Shown: in pieces, positions 1-13,408 of the stretch | How the letters are laid out: each line of letters starts with the position of its first letter | How positions within the stretch are numbered: the stretch's first letter is position 1 | NCBI RefSeq assembly: GCF_000181795.1 | Contig: NW_003526948.1 | Location: 1,658,206-1,722,205 of the forward strand | Direction of reading: 5' to 3' | DNA length: 64,000 nt | From: Trichinella spiralis | Taxonomy: Eukaryota | The notes under the pieces: generated by a model | Database searches by the model: none | Told to the model about the DNA's origin: nothing | What the model saw: the letters and a program-made list of their open reading frames with translations, nothing else | Translations under genes and position numbers: made by a program

Positions 1-24
1 TTGTTTATTTATTCTAAACTACAG

Positions 25-1012
25 ATCCGTGTGGAGAATGTGAAAGATGCGGCCGATTACATAGATGCCGTTATTGAACGAGTGAAGCGTGAATATTTGG
101 TTCGAACATATCAAGTTCCAGAATGGAAAAATAGTGAAGAATTTTTGTCAGCTTTGGCAGGCAGAAGTGGTCGTTTGTTGAAAGTACATTTCATAATAAT
201 ATTATTATTTTATTTTTTATTCAAAGTACCGATGTGTCACTTTAGGGTGGTGAGCCTGATATTAACACTGTGGCCAAGATGGTACTGAACGATTTTCAGA
301 GGGGTAGACTTCCTTATTATGTAAAACCACCTGAAAAGGTTTAAATAAAATTGTTCTTTTCCGCGTTAACATTGTGTAATCTGAAATGTGTTTTTTATTT
401 AATTAGAATATTCAAAATGATGACCAGCCAACAAGCAGTGAAATGGTGGAATCAGTACTGATGGACAAATCGGTGGCAGTTGATCAAGATTTGACAAAAA
501 TAGAATTGACTACTAAATACAATGCCGATGACGTTGGGGAAAAAGATGTTGTGATTGCTTTGTCAGATTCTGAAGATTTGAGCAGCTTGAACGTATGTGA
601 AAGAAGTGTAAAACAGGAGCATGACAGTGAATATGATCAGGAAGATTTGGACAGCTGTAGTGGATTGAGTGATATTTGTGAGTTTGAAAATTTGAAATGT
701 GCTCTTTCTGAACAAGAAGAGCAACCCTGTGATGAAGGGGAGGAGGGGGATGGGCGTCGAGCATGGAAGCGAAAATCTGCTGCGTGTGGTAATAAAATGA
801 CAAGAAATCGTCATGAAAAAGTACGCATTTCTCGTTTGTAACGTTTCTTAAAAGATGACAAAGCCGGCGAGAATGGCTAGTGTTTAATTTTTGTTTGTCT
901 TTCATAGGGGGAAAAGTTCGCAAGAAATTCGAATATTATAGATTTCACGAAGAAAGAAGAAAAGAGTCGATTTCAGAAAAGAAAGAAAAAGAAAGCTAAA
1001 CATCAGCAGTAA
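25..1012 (+). CDS. GNL2: Nucleolar GTP-binding protein 2 (GNL2/Nog2/ngp-1), 3' part; exons ~25-183, 246-338, 407-820, 908-1012; 5' end lies outside the window
   Basis: Spliced translation [25 protein letters not shown]...[45 protein letters not shown] matches the GNL2 post-GTPase region (GRLLKGGEPD, NDFQRG.LP). It is followed by an acidic tract and a Lys-rich tail ending at TAA 1010-1012. Introns are GT-AG and in frame. Confidence 0.9.
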
Positions 1013-1932
1013 TTTGTTTCTCATGCATTGAAACTGAAAGTGCATTGTTCTGAAAGTAAAACAATTTAATTCGAAAATTCGATGGATAAAGTGATTTGAT
1101 TGATCGATGGATAAAATCTGGAATATTGAATTTAAATTCAGTTAGTTACATTTTTAATTTCAGTGAGATTATTGTTCAGGTTGATATTTTAATATTCAAT
1201 GTTTAAAATGAATGCATTATGAAGTCAAAAATTTATTGGTTATAGTTGCAGTGAACTTTGCGTTGCAAGCTGAAAATACTTTTTTTTCGCTTTTTTCTGA
1301 TATTGTTTGTCGAATTTTTCCGTATTCAACCAGTTGTAATGTGGTGACAATTTCCTATTATAGAGCATTAAAAAATGAAAACGATGAAAACATCGTATAC
1401 AGTACACCATAAGCGAATTCAAGTAGACTAAGGATATAGCTATTGCGCACTTGTATTATTTTTTGAAAACAAATTTTTTATTCTACAAAATGGTTGAAGT
1501 GAAAAAAATATAACAAGTAATTAATGTTAAATATTTTAATTTAATAAAGAAACTTGGAATTTTTTAATTTTTAACGTGAAAGCATCATTATATCTCTTAA
1601 TTGAAAAGAACGATTTTGAAAGTTGACATTTAACAAGCTGTATGTTTACTTTAAAGATTTGATTGAAGAGAAAAATATATAATTATAGTTATAATTATAA
1701 ACAAATTATTCGTTTGCATTAAATAAATATGTATGAATTATTTCAAATGTAATGGATATTTCAAAAAGTGAATATAAAATTTTGAAGCTTTCATTTAATT
1801 TTCAGGTTCATTTTATTGAGAAAAAATCATTATTTACAGAATAAAAACTGAAGTCGGTAGCATTTGGCGATTAATGGCGAATGCTATCGATCGGTGACAA
1901 ATGCAAATGGTGATGCAAAATTAGTGACGCTA

Positions 1933-1946
1933 ACTGCCATAGCAAC
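1933..1946 (+). promoter_or_regulatory. X-box (RFX/DAF-19 binding site) upstream of IFT88
   Basis: ACTGCCATAGCAAC fits the RYYNYY-AT-RRNAAC X-box pattern and ends ~63 nt before the ATG of a core ciliary gene. Confidence 0.7.
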
Positions 1947-2008
1947 GGACTGACGATAAATGATCAAAGAGTTGGTTGCATTGGTTTGGGGTTCAACTAG
2001 GTGCAAAA

Positions 2009-5000
2009 ATGACAAACAACGAAACTCTTTATTCTGGATTTGATGAACTAGCGACTTCTTTTAATTCTGAAGTAGAAACTTTTAAGCAAATTTTATTTAA
2101 GCGTAAAAATCCTAACGGTTGAATAATTGTTCAGGAAATTTTGAATAACAAGCCATTTGTGCAGGCGACTTCCAAAAGCACTAGCTATGGTAGACAAGTG
2201 GTATGGAATTATGGCAAAGTTGTGATTGAAGTTTGGTTTGTTATAAAAATGTGTCTTTCAGACCAGAGAGGGAAATACCGATCAACTTCTGGGAAACGTT
2301 AGCAGACTGTCATCGACGGTAATGGCAAGCATATAGTTTGTTTTCTTTATCATCATAACATATCGAATTTCCATTTGCACAGGATCGATCTCGCCTTCAG
2401 CTGGCCAGCGGAAGGCCACTTCCAACTAGCAAGGTAATTGGAAAATGTTAAACGTTAATAAATGTATTTATGAACATTTTTGTAGCCTCAATCATCTGCT
2501 AGACCAATGACATCAGTTCGAGGGGCCGGCTATTCGTCATTTGGTCATGGTAAATTAAATGACCAATTTTTGCTATGCTTTGCAGTTGAAAATTGTGTTT
2601 TAATTCAGCCAGTCCATATGAAAATTTGCCAATAAATACAAAAATTCCCGAAAAATGGCTTGAAGATAGGTAATTTGACCATTTTAAAATATTAATTATG
2701 CAAGCTGTTTGAAAAGTGAGTATTTTTAATACCTTTGATAACAAGCGAATGTCAAGTGTTTCTGAATTTTGTTTTTTTAACATTAAAATCTGTTTAAGAG
2801 ATATTCTCATCATTTAATATTTTTTTTATTTTTTGTACATTTGTGATTTAAAACAAAATTTGTACACTTTTAGTACAGATGCGAAATGCCGTAAAATAGA
2901 GCAAAAAGTAATTACATTATTAAAATGCAGTGCTACCGCAGTGGAAAATTCAGAACTGAAGCAGGCATTGGAATTTGCCAAAGAAGCTGTTCGACGTGAG
3001 CGAGCATTAGCAAAATTACGAGAACAACAAAACATTATTGAACAGCCTAGTTTAGATCTGACTTTCAGCGTAAGCATTTCTACCATTCTTTACATTACTA
3101 TGATGCCGATGATAATAAATTTAAGATTAATCGAACGATCAACATTAATCGAAAATATTTGCTTATCATGCACACTTTTGTGAAACGGCTTGTCTTTAAT
3201 TTATAAAAAGAAACGAATCATGAGACAAGTTAAATTTAAATAAGCGATTCAAGCATTACCTCATCATTACATTCAGCTTATCAATATATTTGAAGCATTC
3301 TACGTGATAATAACTTTCATGTGCTAATAAAGAATAAACGATTAGCATTCGATGACATATTTTATTCTAAAATGTTGCATATTCTAATGTTTATTTTTCT
3401 AACGTTTGTTTGATTTTGCTGACGACATGCTTTGCATTTGTGCAAATGAAATTTAAGAAGCACATTTAAAAGAGCATATTTATTTTAATCTTTAATCAAA
3501 TGGATTAAAAATTAATAGAAAATAGCGTTTCATTTTAGGTATTGTTTAATTTAGCCCAACAATATGAAGCGAACGAATTATATTCAGAAGCTATAAGCAT
3601 GTATGAAACGCTAACAATGAATAAAATGTTTCCTTGTGCAGGTGATTTAATTATCGGAAAAATTTTTTTCATTGCCTACATGTTTACGTATTTTATACTG
3701 ATAGCTGATCTTGGTGTCAATATTGGCCGTATTTACATGCGTCAGGAGCAATTTTCAAAAGCTATTCAATATTTTCAACAAGCTCTTGAACAAGTACCTA
3801 GTGTTCAACGAACATCTAGGTAGCATGCAACTTTATTATTTTTTCAGACTTGTAAATCATTTTAGAAAAATGGGTTTTAATTTCTTTACTTTCAGACGAA
3901 AAATAATTAATAATATTGGTGTTGCACTGACAAAGCTGAAACGTTATGAAGATGCTATTAGCCGATATGAGCAGTCATTACAAATTAAAGCTGATTTTCC
4001 AGTTGCTCTAAATGCTCTGCTTTGCGCCTTTTTGCTTAACGACAAACACAGGATGAAAACTTTTTTTTTAAACTTGCTTGAGATTTCACTTGAGATCAGC
4101 GACGAAGCGAAATATTTTACGGACATGGTGCGGTTCTTCAAATTTCAAATTTTATATGATAAATTTAAATATTTTAGGACAATCCAACTGAATCGTTATT
4201 TGCTGTTGCTATTCGTTCTGATATGTTAAGGCAGTTTGAAATGAATCGAAAAAAGCTCAGCGAACGTACCATTCTGACGGCAGCGAATCTCATCTCAAGT
4301 CGAATTGCGAACAAATTTGCTGACGGTTATGCATGGTAAGCTTCAGAGCTTATTTTGGCGAAATACAATTCGAAGATGAATCTTTATGTAAATCTTGTAT
4401 TTCAACAGTTGAAATCCATTTCATATTCGGTATTGAAGAAATTAATGAATGCACACGTAATTTAATGAAATTAATGAATGCACACATAATAAACATAATT
4501 TTTTTCTTATGAATTTATACTTGCAGAAATTTTAAAATGAAATTCTTGTTGAAATGTTGAATGTTATTTTTGGTTTTGGTGCTACTTACGACGTATTGTT
4601 TGTTTATTTATAGGTGCGTTGAAATGATAAAGAAGTCAAAATATTCAGATATTGCAGATGATATGGAAATAAACAAAGCGATAGAATTCTTGAAATGTGG
4701 TGATGTCACCAGTGTATGCTGAAATATGTCATGTGAAGGCAAAATTAACAAATTCAAACAATTACAGGCACATGATATATTTCGAACTTTTGAGAAAAAA
4801 GATAGTCGCGCATCTGCATCTGCTTTGAATAACATGGCGCTGATCTCACTTTTGGTAATTTATAAAAGTGATTTCATTCACTGAATGTTCATTTAAATTT
4901 TCAATTAAGCAAGAAAATTACAAGGACGCTGCAGAACAGCTGGAAAAAGCACTAGCCAGCGATAGATACAATCCATCTGCGTTGGTCAATCGTGGCAATG

Positions 5001-6603
5001 TGGCCTTCTTCCATCAAAATTATGAAGAAGCTTGGCAATTTTACCGCGAGGCGTGGACCCATGAAGCTCATTGCATCGAAGCCGTTTTTAATTCAGGTAT
5101 AATTTTTTTTAATAAAAACGATAACTGATGATTAAGTTTAATATGAGAAATTCTGTTTTTTATTGTCTGATGTAAAAGTTTATTAACAGGATTAACTTGC
5201 CGCGTTTGCGGGAAATACGAAGATGCATTGGAGTTTTTTCAAAAGCTGAGAGGAATTCTGTGCAGCAATACTCAAGTTTTAGTGCAAATTGCTGAAACGT
5301 AAAGCATTTCTTCTTTCCTCTGCAATCCTTATTTAGCACTGTTTTACAGATATGAAGAAATAAATGATAATGTGCAAGCAATTGAATGGTGAGGTTTTTT
5401 ATTTGTCAATGATCGTTTGAAATGAAACATTGCAGGTATACTCAAGCTAACAGTATAGCTCAGACGGATCCTTCGATTTTAGTCAAACTTGGTGAATTGT
5501 ACGAAAAAGAGGGAGACCGCCAAGCGGCATTTCATTTTTATTCAGACGTATAGAGAGCTATGTAAATTTCTTTGCATTCATTTATATTCTACTTTAGAGT
5601 TTTCGATATTATCCATCAGATCTAAATGTAATCCAATGGCTTGGTGCTTACTACATCGAAGCAAATATTAGCGAGAAAGCAATTCATTATTTCGAGAAAG
5701 CTTCTTTAATTCAGTAATAAAAATCAACAATAATTTACTCTCATAAAAATTAATAATATATAGACCGAACGAAATTCGATGGCAATTGATGATTGCGGGC
5801 TGTCTTCGTCGATGTGGAAACTATGCAATGGCATTGCAAAAGTACAAAGATATTCATTCGAGATTTCCAGATGATATTCAGTGTAAGATTGGAAATTGTG
5901 GTTATTTATTCATAGAATTCATTTCTGGTCTAAATTAATCACACAATCGATATTTTAAAAGCCTATTATATACATATTTGTTCATTTTCACATAATTTTT
6001 ATTTCATTTTTAGGCATGCAGCATATCGTCAGACTGGCAAACGATCTAGGTCTTCCGGATGCAGAAACTTATGCAAATACCCTGAAAAAAATGGAAAAAA
6101 CAAAATATTTCAAAGTAACTTTTAATTATTCAATATATTTTTAGCAATGATTTGGTGTTTTAGTACAAAGATTCACAACGCTTCAGTCCTTCAAAACGTG
6201 AATCTGCTGAAAGTAAGTCTCTCGCATTTTTCAATTAACGCGCAACTTTGCTAAACATTTCTGCCGGATAAAATTTGTCAGCTTAGTTTTCTAATTGCCG
6301 AAAAAGTGGAAATCTCTTCCCTTGTCAAAGATGAACAAAGAAAACACTTCTCGTCGCATTTTTATCTCACACGCGACTTATTTATACATCTTACATCTTA
6401 TTTAAAATTTCAAAATCATTGCAATCAATTGAAATTATTATTTTTTCAATAATATTAATTTCCTTTCAGAATAAATGCAAAAATACTAGTTTATGACATA
6501 TTTAATCGTTCACGATCTATCTACAAGGCGCTCTTATATTAATAATTTTTAAGATAATTTATTTGTTTCCAGTTGACAGTTTTATAATACCTATTAAGAG
6601 ATG
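2009..6603 (+). CDS. IFT88: Intraflagellar transport protein 88 (IFT88/osm-5), multi-exon TPR protein; last exon and stop uncertain
   Basis: N-terminus MTNNETLYSGFDEL; RPMTSVRGAGYS (~2497-2532); ALEFAKEAVRRERAL...SLDLTFS|VLFNLAQQYEANELYSEAISMYETLTMNKMFPCA; ALASDRYNPSALVNRGNV; RYYPSDLNVIQWLGAYYIEANISEKAIHYFEKASLIQPNEIRWQLMIAGCLRRCGNY. These are characteristic IFT88 segments, joined by short GT-AG introns. Confidence 0.93.
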
Positions 6604-7444
6604 ACAGTGAAATTTATTTAGCCTGAATTGGTCATTTTCTTGTTAATCTTTTTTGCATTTTAAATCTTTGGACAGTGAAATTACTAAGTTGAAGTTTCAT
6701 TTAGTATAGATTAAAAATAAGTTTATAACAAATGTTGAAAAGGACAAAATTTAAATTTAGCTTCAGTTTCGATGTGATTATCATCTTAGGGTCAGAAGAA
6801 AGAAATGGAAAAAAGGGGGAATTTAATAAGCTTGACATGTTCACTTTTTACATTTGCAAGAGAATTTTTATTTTTGCAATAATTATTAAATTTGATAATT
6901 GAATTGCAAAGAATGAAACTGTTCACAACGGTTTTGTTGTTGTTGTTGCACCAAAAAGAAAAAAATATTTTTTATAAATGTTCATCTTATCTAGTGGCAG
7001 TTTGAATAATTTCAGAATTATTAGTCTATATCTATATCTATATTTATATCTATATATATTTGTATTATTGCACGTTCGCAGTTCTTCGCATAAATTATTA
7101 CTTTATCTATCTTGATGCTATTTCATTTTTCATACTTTTTGAACCACTTTCTTTCTCTATATCATCAGTAATTTCTGGTTTTACAGTTTCTGTTTTTGGC
7201 TGCTCGTTTATGGAGGGCAATTAGCGATGTCATCAATTCAGCCTGTGTCGTGGGCGTCAATAAATTACGCATGCCGTAGGGAACAAAGCTGAGTATTGAA
7301 AATTTTTCTGGAAACTTTGCGCAAAAGAGTTCATTGCTACTACCCTTTTTACTTTCATCGCTACTACTACTGCTACTTTTTCTTCTTCTCCTTTACTGCT
7401 GTAATTTTTATGCAATTTTTTACTGTAGGAAAGTTTAATAACAG

Positions 7445-7446
<2 letters not shown>

Positions 7447-7480
<34 letters not shown>
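7447..7480. repeat. (TA)n microsatellite
   Basis: Direct dinucleotide run. Confidence 0.95.
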
Positions 7481-7483
<3 letters not shown>

Positions 7484-8711
7484 CTTTTTATCAGTTGCAT
7501 TATTGTTTTATTGAAAAATTCAAGGTGAAAATTGCTCTTCTAAACAACAACCTGTTTATTTTATGAAACCCTGAACAACAGCAACAACAACCGTGTAAGC
7601 TTATATAATATAGGACAATAAATAAGAGAAAAAAAGCATTGCATTGTAGACTTTTCAAAAATCTTTACAGTCATCTCAATCAAGGTGGTAGTATTATTGT
7701 TGTTTTCAATTGTATTTTTGCTTTGGTTATGTATTTCACGAAATTTGCATTGTTTTTAGTTTTCTAATTAAACTTTAAAAAAGGTAGCTTAGTTTTATAA
7801 TTTATTTTTCATTTGAAATGTAATTACCAGTTGAAGTTGATTGCGCGCTTTCAGGGTAATTAATCATCAGCTTTTGTCGGCATATTATATGAGTGAATGA
7901 TGAGATTAGAATGAAGAAAATTGTTGTTGCCAAGGATGAAAATTTTTCAAATAGCAATTTCATTTTCTGCCCATCTGTGTGTCTGTTTTCTATGTGTGCA
8001 AATAGCAAGTGTTGTTTCTTTGTTTGCACTATATTTGAAAAATTATGCGCTTCTATGGTGGATGCATTTGATGCAAGTGGAATTTTTGAAATTTGTTCTA
8101 TTATTTTATAGAAACGCCGAACGCTCGCAGACCGTCCACTGGTTCACGGAAAATGATAGTCGATAAGTTGGATTTGCTCGAAAATGATTCCCTGTTGGAT
8201 TCATTTTTGCCTGAATAAGAAAAAAAGAAAACAAATTCAACCCCAAATATAGTTTTCATTTTATTTTTGAAAAAAAATTATATATATATTAATAAGCTGT
8301 AAATTAAACTGAACGAGAAAAATAAAGCAAAGGAAAAGAAGGCGAGAAAGAAAAAAAAGACGTTGTCGTCCTTTTTAAATTGTTTGATTAAAGAGCGACA
8401 ATAAATTAAAAATTAAACGTCATGGAAAAGTGTACACGATTGAAGAAAAAGCTGGCTACTGGCTACGGAACAGCTTAGAAGTGGTCTGTCAAATTGGAAT
8501 GCGGTACAATAAATATATGGATGCCGTTGGCTGAAAAGCACACAACGCGGCGCTTTGTTCGTCGATGGCGACTGGCTTGAACGACGACATCTGCATTGCT
8601 AGCATTTTGCTAACATCAGTCGACGACTTTTATTTGCCCAGCTGAAGTCGGTAGCGTGCCGCTTTACCATTCTCTCACTTGCTCTCTCCATTTTGCTCTC
8701 GCCTGCTTGCT

Positions 8712-8745
8712 CGCTTGCTTTCTCTCTCACTCTCTCTCTCTCTCT
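8712..8745. repeat. (CT)n tract upstream of the SLC22-like gene
   Basis: Direct imperfect CT dinucleotide run. Confidence 0.8.
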
Positions 8746-8928
8746 TTCTATCTGTTGCTCTCCATTTCTCTCCGTTTTCAGCGCTCTCTTATTACAGCTT
8801 ACAACTTCCGTCACGTTGCCTGTTTTTCATTTTAAATTTAAAGCGGCCGGTCAACGTTTCATTCAACAAGCTTTACGCGTGAACAAATTTTCTTTTTCTC
8901 TCTAATAATTTCACTTTCCAACATACTG

Positions 8929-11900
8929 ATGGAACAATTGGATACTGGCAAATTGAATCGTCTACTTCAACAAGTTGGTGGATTTGGAAAATGGCAGCGG
9001 CTGCAGTTGCTACTTTTAGCCCCCAGTTTTTTGCTGATCGGCTGGTGCTATTTTGCGGCGTTGTTCATAAGTCAAGATGCATCCAATTTCGAAACTCTGC
9101 TCAACGTCTCCTCCAACAACCTCAGCGTAACCGAATTACCCGGCAATGAATCTCTGATCTACCAAACGGCCGCCGACATTTGCGCCAGATGGCGTATAGT
9201 TCACGTATTTATCGAAAGTAACACCACAAAGCCGGTAAGCAGGCTCTGACCTCGGTGGTTTTTGTTGTTAGTATTTTTTAAAAAATACCTTTCTTTTCTA
9301 AGAAAAAACCATTTTTCATTTTTTAAATTATTCTTTTTTCTATTGCTTAGCAAAACTATTTTTGCTTGACAAAACGTCACCAGAGCAGTAGCAACATGCG
9401 CTTGTTTTTCTATGCTTTGCGTTAGCGTTTTTCTACACGTCGTTGCAGACTGATATTTCTTTTCCAGACACAGGGATAGGGGGCGTGAGAGACGGAAAAG
9501 ACGGAATATATAATCGGAGGAAGATTTGATTTGATCAAACCAGGTCTGACTAGTGTGCAAATCTTGCTTGGGCTAGAGTTGAGCTTATTACGACTAGAAA
9601 GGAAATGGAAAGAAAAGCGACAGTGTTGTTTGTTTAAAAATTTGTCGAATGAAAAAGTAATAAGTTAATATTCTGTTCACGTTTTGCCTTTTGCCTTTGC
9701 TTCTTTGTGTCGCTTTTTGACGAATGCGAATGCTTCAGGCGGTGTATGAGCTTTCAGACCGATTGTGTGGAACATTTTTTCTTCTTCTTTCTTCCTTTTC
9801 TTCTCTCTTTCAAATGACGAGCCTGTTGTTGTTCAACATCAAGCTTAGCAGTGGAAGACAATGACGGCTGTTCTTTTTGTTGCAAGTTGGTGGGAAAAGC
9901 TTGAATAGAAGAAGGAAAATTCGAACAACCAATCCCCTCCCCCTCTCTACCCCTCTACCTCTCTTTCCTACCTCTCTACCCCTCTACCTCTTTTTCCTAC
10001 CCCTCTACCCCTCTCTACCTCTGTTCCACCCCTTCTACAGACCGTTTTTCATTTCCTTCTCTTTTTCAAGCAGACTTGCGTTCTTCGATTGCAAGAAAGC
10101 AATTTAAAATATTTTACGATTCATCCACACTCGTTTGGTCATTTATCACTTTTATTCTATTTTTAACTTTTCGGATTCCTTCTTGGAAAACGTAAAACCT
10201 AAAAAAACCGGAACAATTGTGTAGGTGGATTGACGATAAAAAATTGCTTTTTTGTTCTTGCTTTTCTTTTTTTATTCCTTGTATTTTTTTAATTTTATTT
10301 GAATTTTTTTCAAACTAAATTATTATTACCCTCAATTGACAAAATTTCAACAGTATATATTTTTTCTTCAGTTTATTGATTTTTTGTTTTATTATCAGCT
10401 GTTTTTTAGAATATGGAAAATAAAAAAACATGTTTTTTATATTTTATTTTTTAAGTTTATGAAAAGGGTGTGTGAAACAGTACGAGTAGGGATTGTGATG
10501 ATTTTTCGACTTTCTGTTTTCTTTTTGTTATAGAAAAAATACATGTGCGTCCTTCCTTGGCTGTTGGCTACTCATCAAGCTGTATTTCTGTTGGGGTCGG
10601 CATCTGGTCACATAATTTTTACACTGACAGCGTTGAAGTTTGCAAAAGCAATGGCGATATTTAATTGAATTTTCATTTTATAAATTTAAGATTTGGTCCG
10701 AAAAAAATACTTATCTGTGCATTAGCATTGCACTGTGTCTGCTGTTTCACGATACCTTTCAATTCGTATTTGATTATGTTCGACATTCTGCGATTTCTTG
10801 ACGGCTTCAGCGTTGCATGCATCCAAATATCTGCGCTTTGCTTGAGTAAGTCCGATTCGATTGGCTTTGTAAAATTGAAATTATTACATTTTATTACAAT
10901 TTTTCTTCCCTTTCAGTTTTGGGAATAACCAGTCGAAATTATCATCCTTTGGTGATTATTCTGTTGGCAACAGTTCGAGGTCTGAGCAATGTCACTTTGT
11001 CAGCCGTAGCTTCGTCACCGCTGGATTGGACAGAATTGATTGCTATAACTGCCGTATCGTCGTTGTTTCTCTTCTCTTATATCAAGTGAGCACAGCAACA
11101 GCTTCTATCATAAAAGCTTATCTTTGTAATAAAAATAGCACTATCAGCAAGCAGCTTTCAAAAAACAAAAAATTAGCATTGAAAACATGACAAAACACAT
11201 TATTATTATTATTTTGTTATTTTTATAAAATAATTTCAGACTTATTCCGGAATCACCTTTGTGGTTTGTACTTCGTGGAGAACGAGTTCATGCTGAACGT
11301 ATGGTGCGACAAATTGCACATTACAATGGTCATCGATTGCGCATCGAATCAATTCATCGAACTCAACAGCCTGCAGTAATTTATTATTATTTTCCATGTC
11401 GAGGTGTTTGATTGTCTAGTATCAGTAATAATTTTTCTCATTGTTTCCAGTTGACCATAAATACGGATGAAACGTTTTTCAAACTTACTGACGTACCTCC
11501 GAAATGCAAATCTTTGTTGTGTGAAATTCACCTCAGTCTTAACTGGTGAGTTTTAATTCTTTTTTTTACTTTGCATATTAAAAGCAGGTGTTGTTTGTTG
11601 TATTATTTTACATTTTAAGGCTATTGCACGGCTTTCTGTACGAAATGACAAGTCTGCTGGCGCCATTCATTGCTTGGAATATACCTGAAGTTGGTCATTC
11701 ATTGTCCGGTATAGTAGAGATGTTTTCCGCTTTGCTTGCCTACATACTTTGGCAACATTTTCCCACTCGTACTACGGCTATTTTTTCGTCCGCAATGATT
11801 GCCTTTTTTCTTGTTGCTTGCCTGTTTGGTGCAGGTAACAAATTTTACTTTGATGCATTGCATATTTTATGTATTTTAAATTCTGTTTCACATTATCAAA

Positions 11901-12198
11901 TATAAAAATGACTTTCAGAACAACGATCAGGAATGTTTGTCTGCATTCTGTTGGCTAAGCTCTGCGCCTATACTACATTTTTAATGACGAAACTGATTGC
12001 TCTGGATTTCAACATTAGTCAAGATCGATTTGCAATTCTGATCGTACTTTACGCTATTGCTGACATTGGAGCAGCACTGGCTACGTTTGCTTCATTCCAG
12101 GTGAAACTTATTTTTTATTCATTTCATAGCCTGTCTCTTTTGCGCTTTTATTTCATATAAAGAATTTTAATTGATATTTGTTAGTGATAAAATAAGCT

Positions 12199-12263
<65 letters not shown>

Positions 12264-12511
12264 GTGTGCGTGTTTTATCACACATAAATATCAATTTAAA
12301 TTCTTTATATGAAATAAAAGCGCGAAAGAGAGAGGGTATGAAATGAATAAAAAATAAGTTTCACCTGGGATGAAGCAAACGTGGGGGGGGGGGCGCCAAT
12401 GTGAGCGATAGCGTGAAGAACGATCAGAATTGTAAATCGATCTTGACTAATGTGGAGATCTAGAGCAATCTGTTTTGTGATTAAAAATGTAGTATAGGCG
12501 NNNNNNNNNNG

Positions 12512-12598
<87 letters not shown>

Positions 12599-12944
12599 TA
12601 CGTTTGCATTATTTTACCGTCTTTTCTTCTCTAAACATTTCAAACAATTTGAAAATATCATTTTTTACTGTGTATAAATGCATACCTTTGGAGAGTATTT
12701 TTTGTGAATTTCATTTTCAGGAACAAAGTGCATTGTGGACAACATTTCCTATTGGTGCGGTTCTCGGTTTTCTTGTTACCTCGACTTTTATTTTTCTTCC
12801 AAATACACATCGTCGTGATCACTTACGGTAAATCAATTTTGAAAATTTTAATTTTAAATTTATTTTTTTCTGTAATTTTTATCTCTTGCTTCTTCTGTTG
12901 AATGTAGCAGTCGTGAAATTGCCATTCCAATGCGACCACTTTGA
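8929..12944 (+). CDS. Divergent SLC22/organic cation transporter-like MFS protein, multi-exon; spans a scaffold gap
   Basis: LLQQVGGFGKWQRLQLLLL N-terminal signature; large first loop with N-glycosylation sequons (NVS, NLS, NES, NTT); LRFLDGF; LIPESPLWFVLRGE...MVRQIAHYNG (PESPRW motif); FLPNT (LPET motif); many hydrophobic exons; probable stop TGA 12942-12944. Confidence 0.8.
9933..10036. repeat. Pyrimidine-rich imperfect tandem repeat (CCCCTCTAC/CTCTACCT units) in SLC22-like intron 1
   Basis: Repeated ctctacc motif, almost entirely C/T on the + strand. Confidence 0.8.
12204..12262. repeat. (TA)n microsatellite
   Basis: Direct dinucleotide run. Confidence 0.95.
12275..12500 (-). repeat. Inverted, error-rich copy of ~11965-12195 (SLC22-like exon and intron) adjacent to a gap; probable assembly or read artefact
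   Basis: Minus-strand translation AYTTFLITKQIALDLHISQDRFTIL mirrors plus-strand AYTTFLMTKLIALDFNISQDRFAIL. The fold-back centres on the (TA)n run and ends at the N-gap 12501-12510. Confidence 0.85.
12515..12598. repeat. Compound (TA)n(TG)n microsatellite
   Basis: Direct runs. Confidence 0.95.
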
Positions 12945-13353
12945 TCAGCCTACCTTTTTCTGGTATTTTCGACTAAAACTGTGGAGTTATCTGTCTTTTT
13001 TCCCTCTCCACATAAGACTGTTCTGCCCACAAGACAGCCAATTTTTATTCTTATTTGAAATCCTCTACATATCCTTATAATCTATTATTACCTCCATTAT
13101 TATTTACAGCAAAAGAAAATGGCCAAAATGCATTATTATCAGTCATGTTTGCCGTTTTCGCTCAACTATTTCGAATTTTATTCATCATTGTTTTTCTGTG
13201 TGTATGCATTAATTTGAGAAATGCAAAAAAACAGCTCAGTTAATCGATCTTTGCTTTTCCAAGACACATGTTATATTATTTTGCTTTTGTATGTATATGT
13301 ATGCTATGAATATTTCATCATGAATCCTTTAATAATCTCTTCATTATTATTAT

Positions 13354-13408
13354 ATTATGTTACGTTACGTTACGTTATGTTATGTTATGTTATGTTATGT
13401 TATGTTAT
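13354..13408. repeat. (TTACG)/(TTATG)n pentanucleotide microsatellite
   Basis: ttatgttacgttacgttacgttatgttatgttatg... direct repeat. Confidence 0.9.

Noticed and set aside
7233..7299. Imperfect hairpin resembling a pre-miRNA
   Set aside because: Only short arms pair (TCAAT/ATTGA, TCAGC/GCTGA, GCGT/ACGC) with many bulges, and there is no match to miRNAs I recognise.
12275..12500. Inverted exon duplicate that could form a dsRNA hairpin in the SLC22-like pre-mRNA
   Set aside because: It folds back at a long (TA)n run, carries read-like errors and ends at an N-gap, and the (TA)n context is repeated after the gap. An artefact is far more likely.
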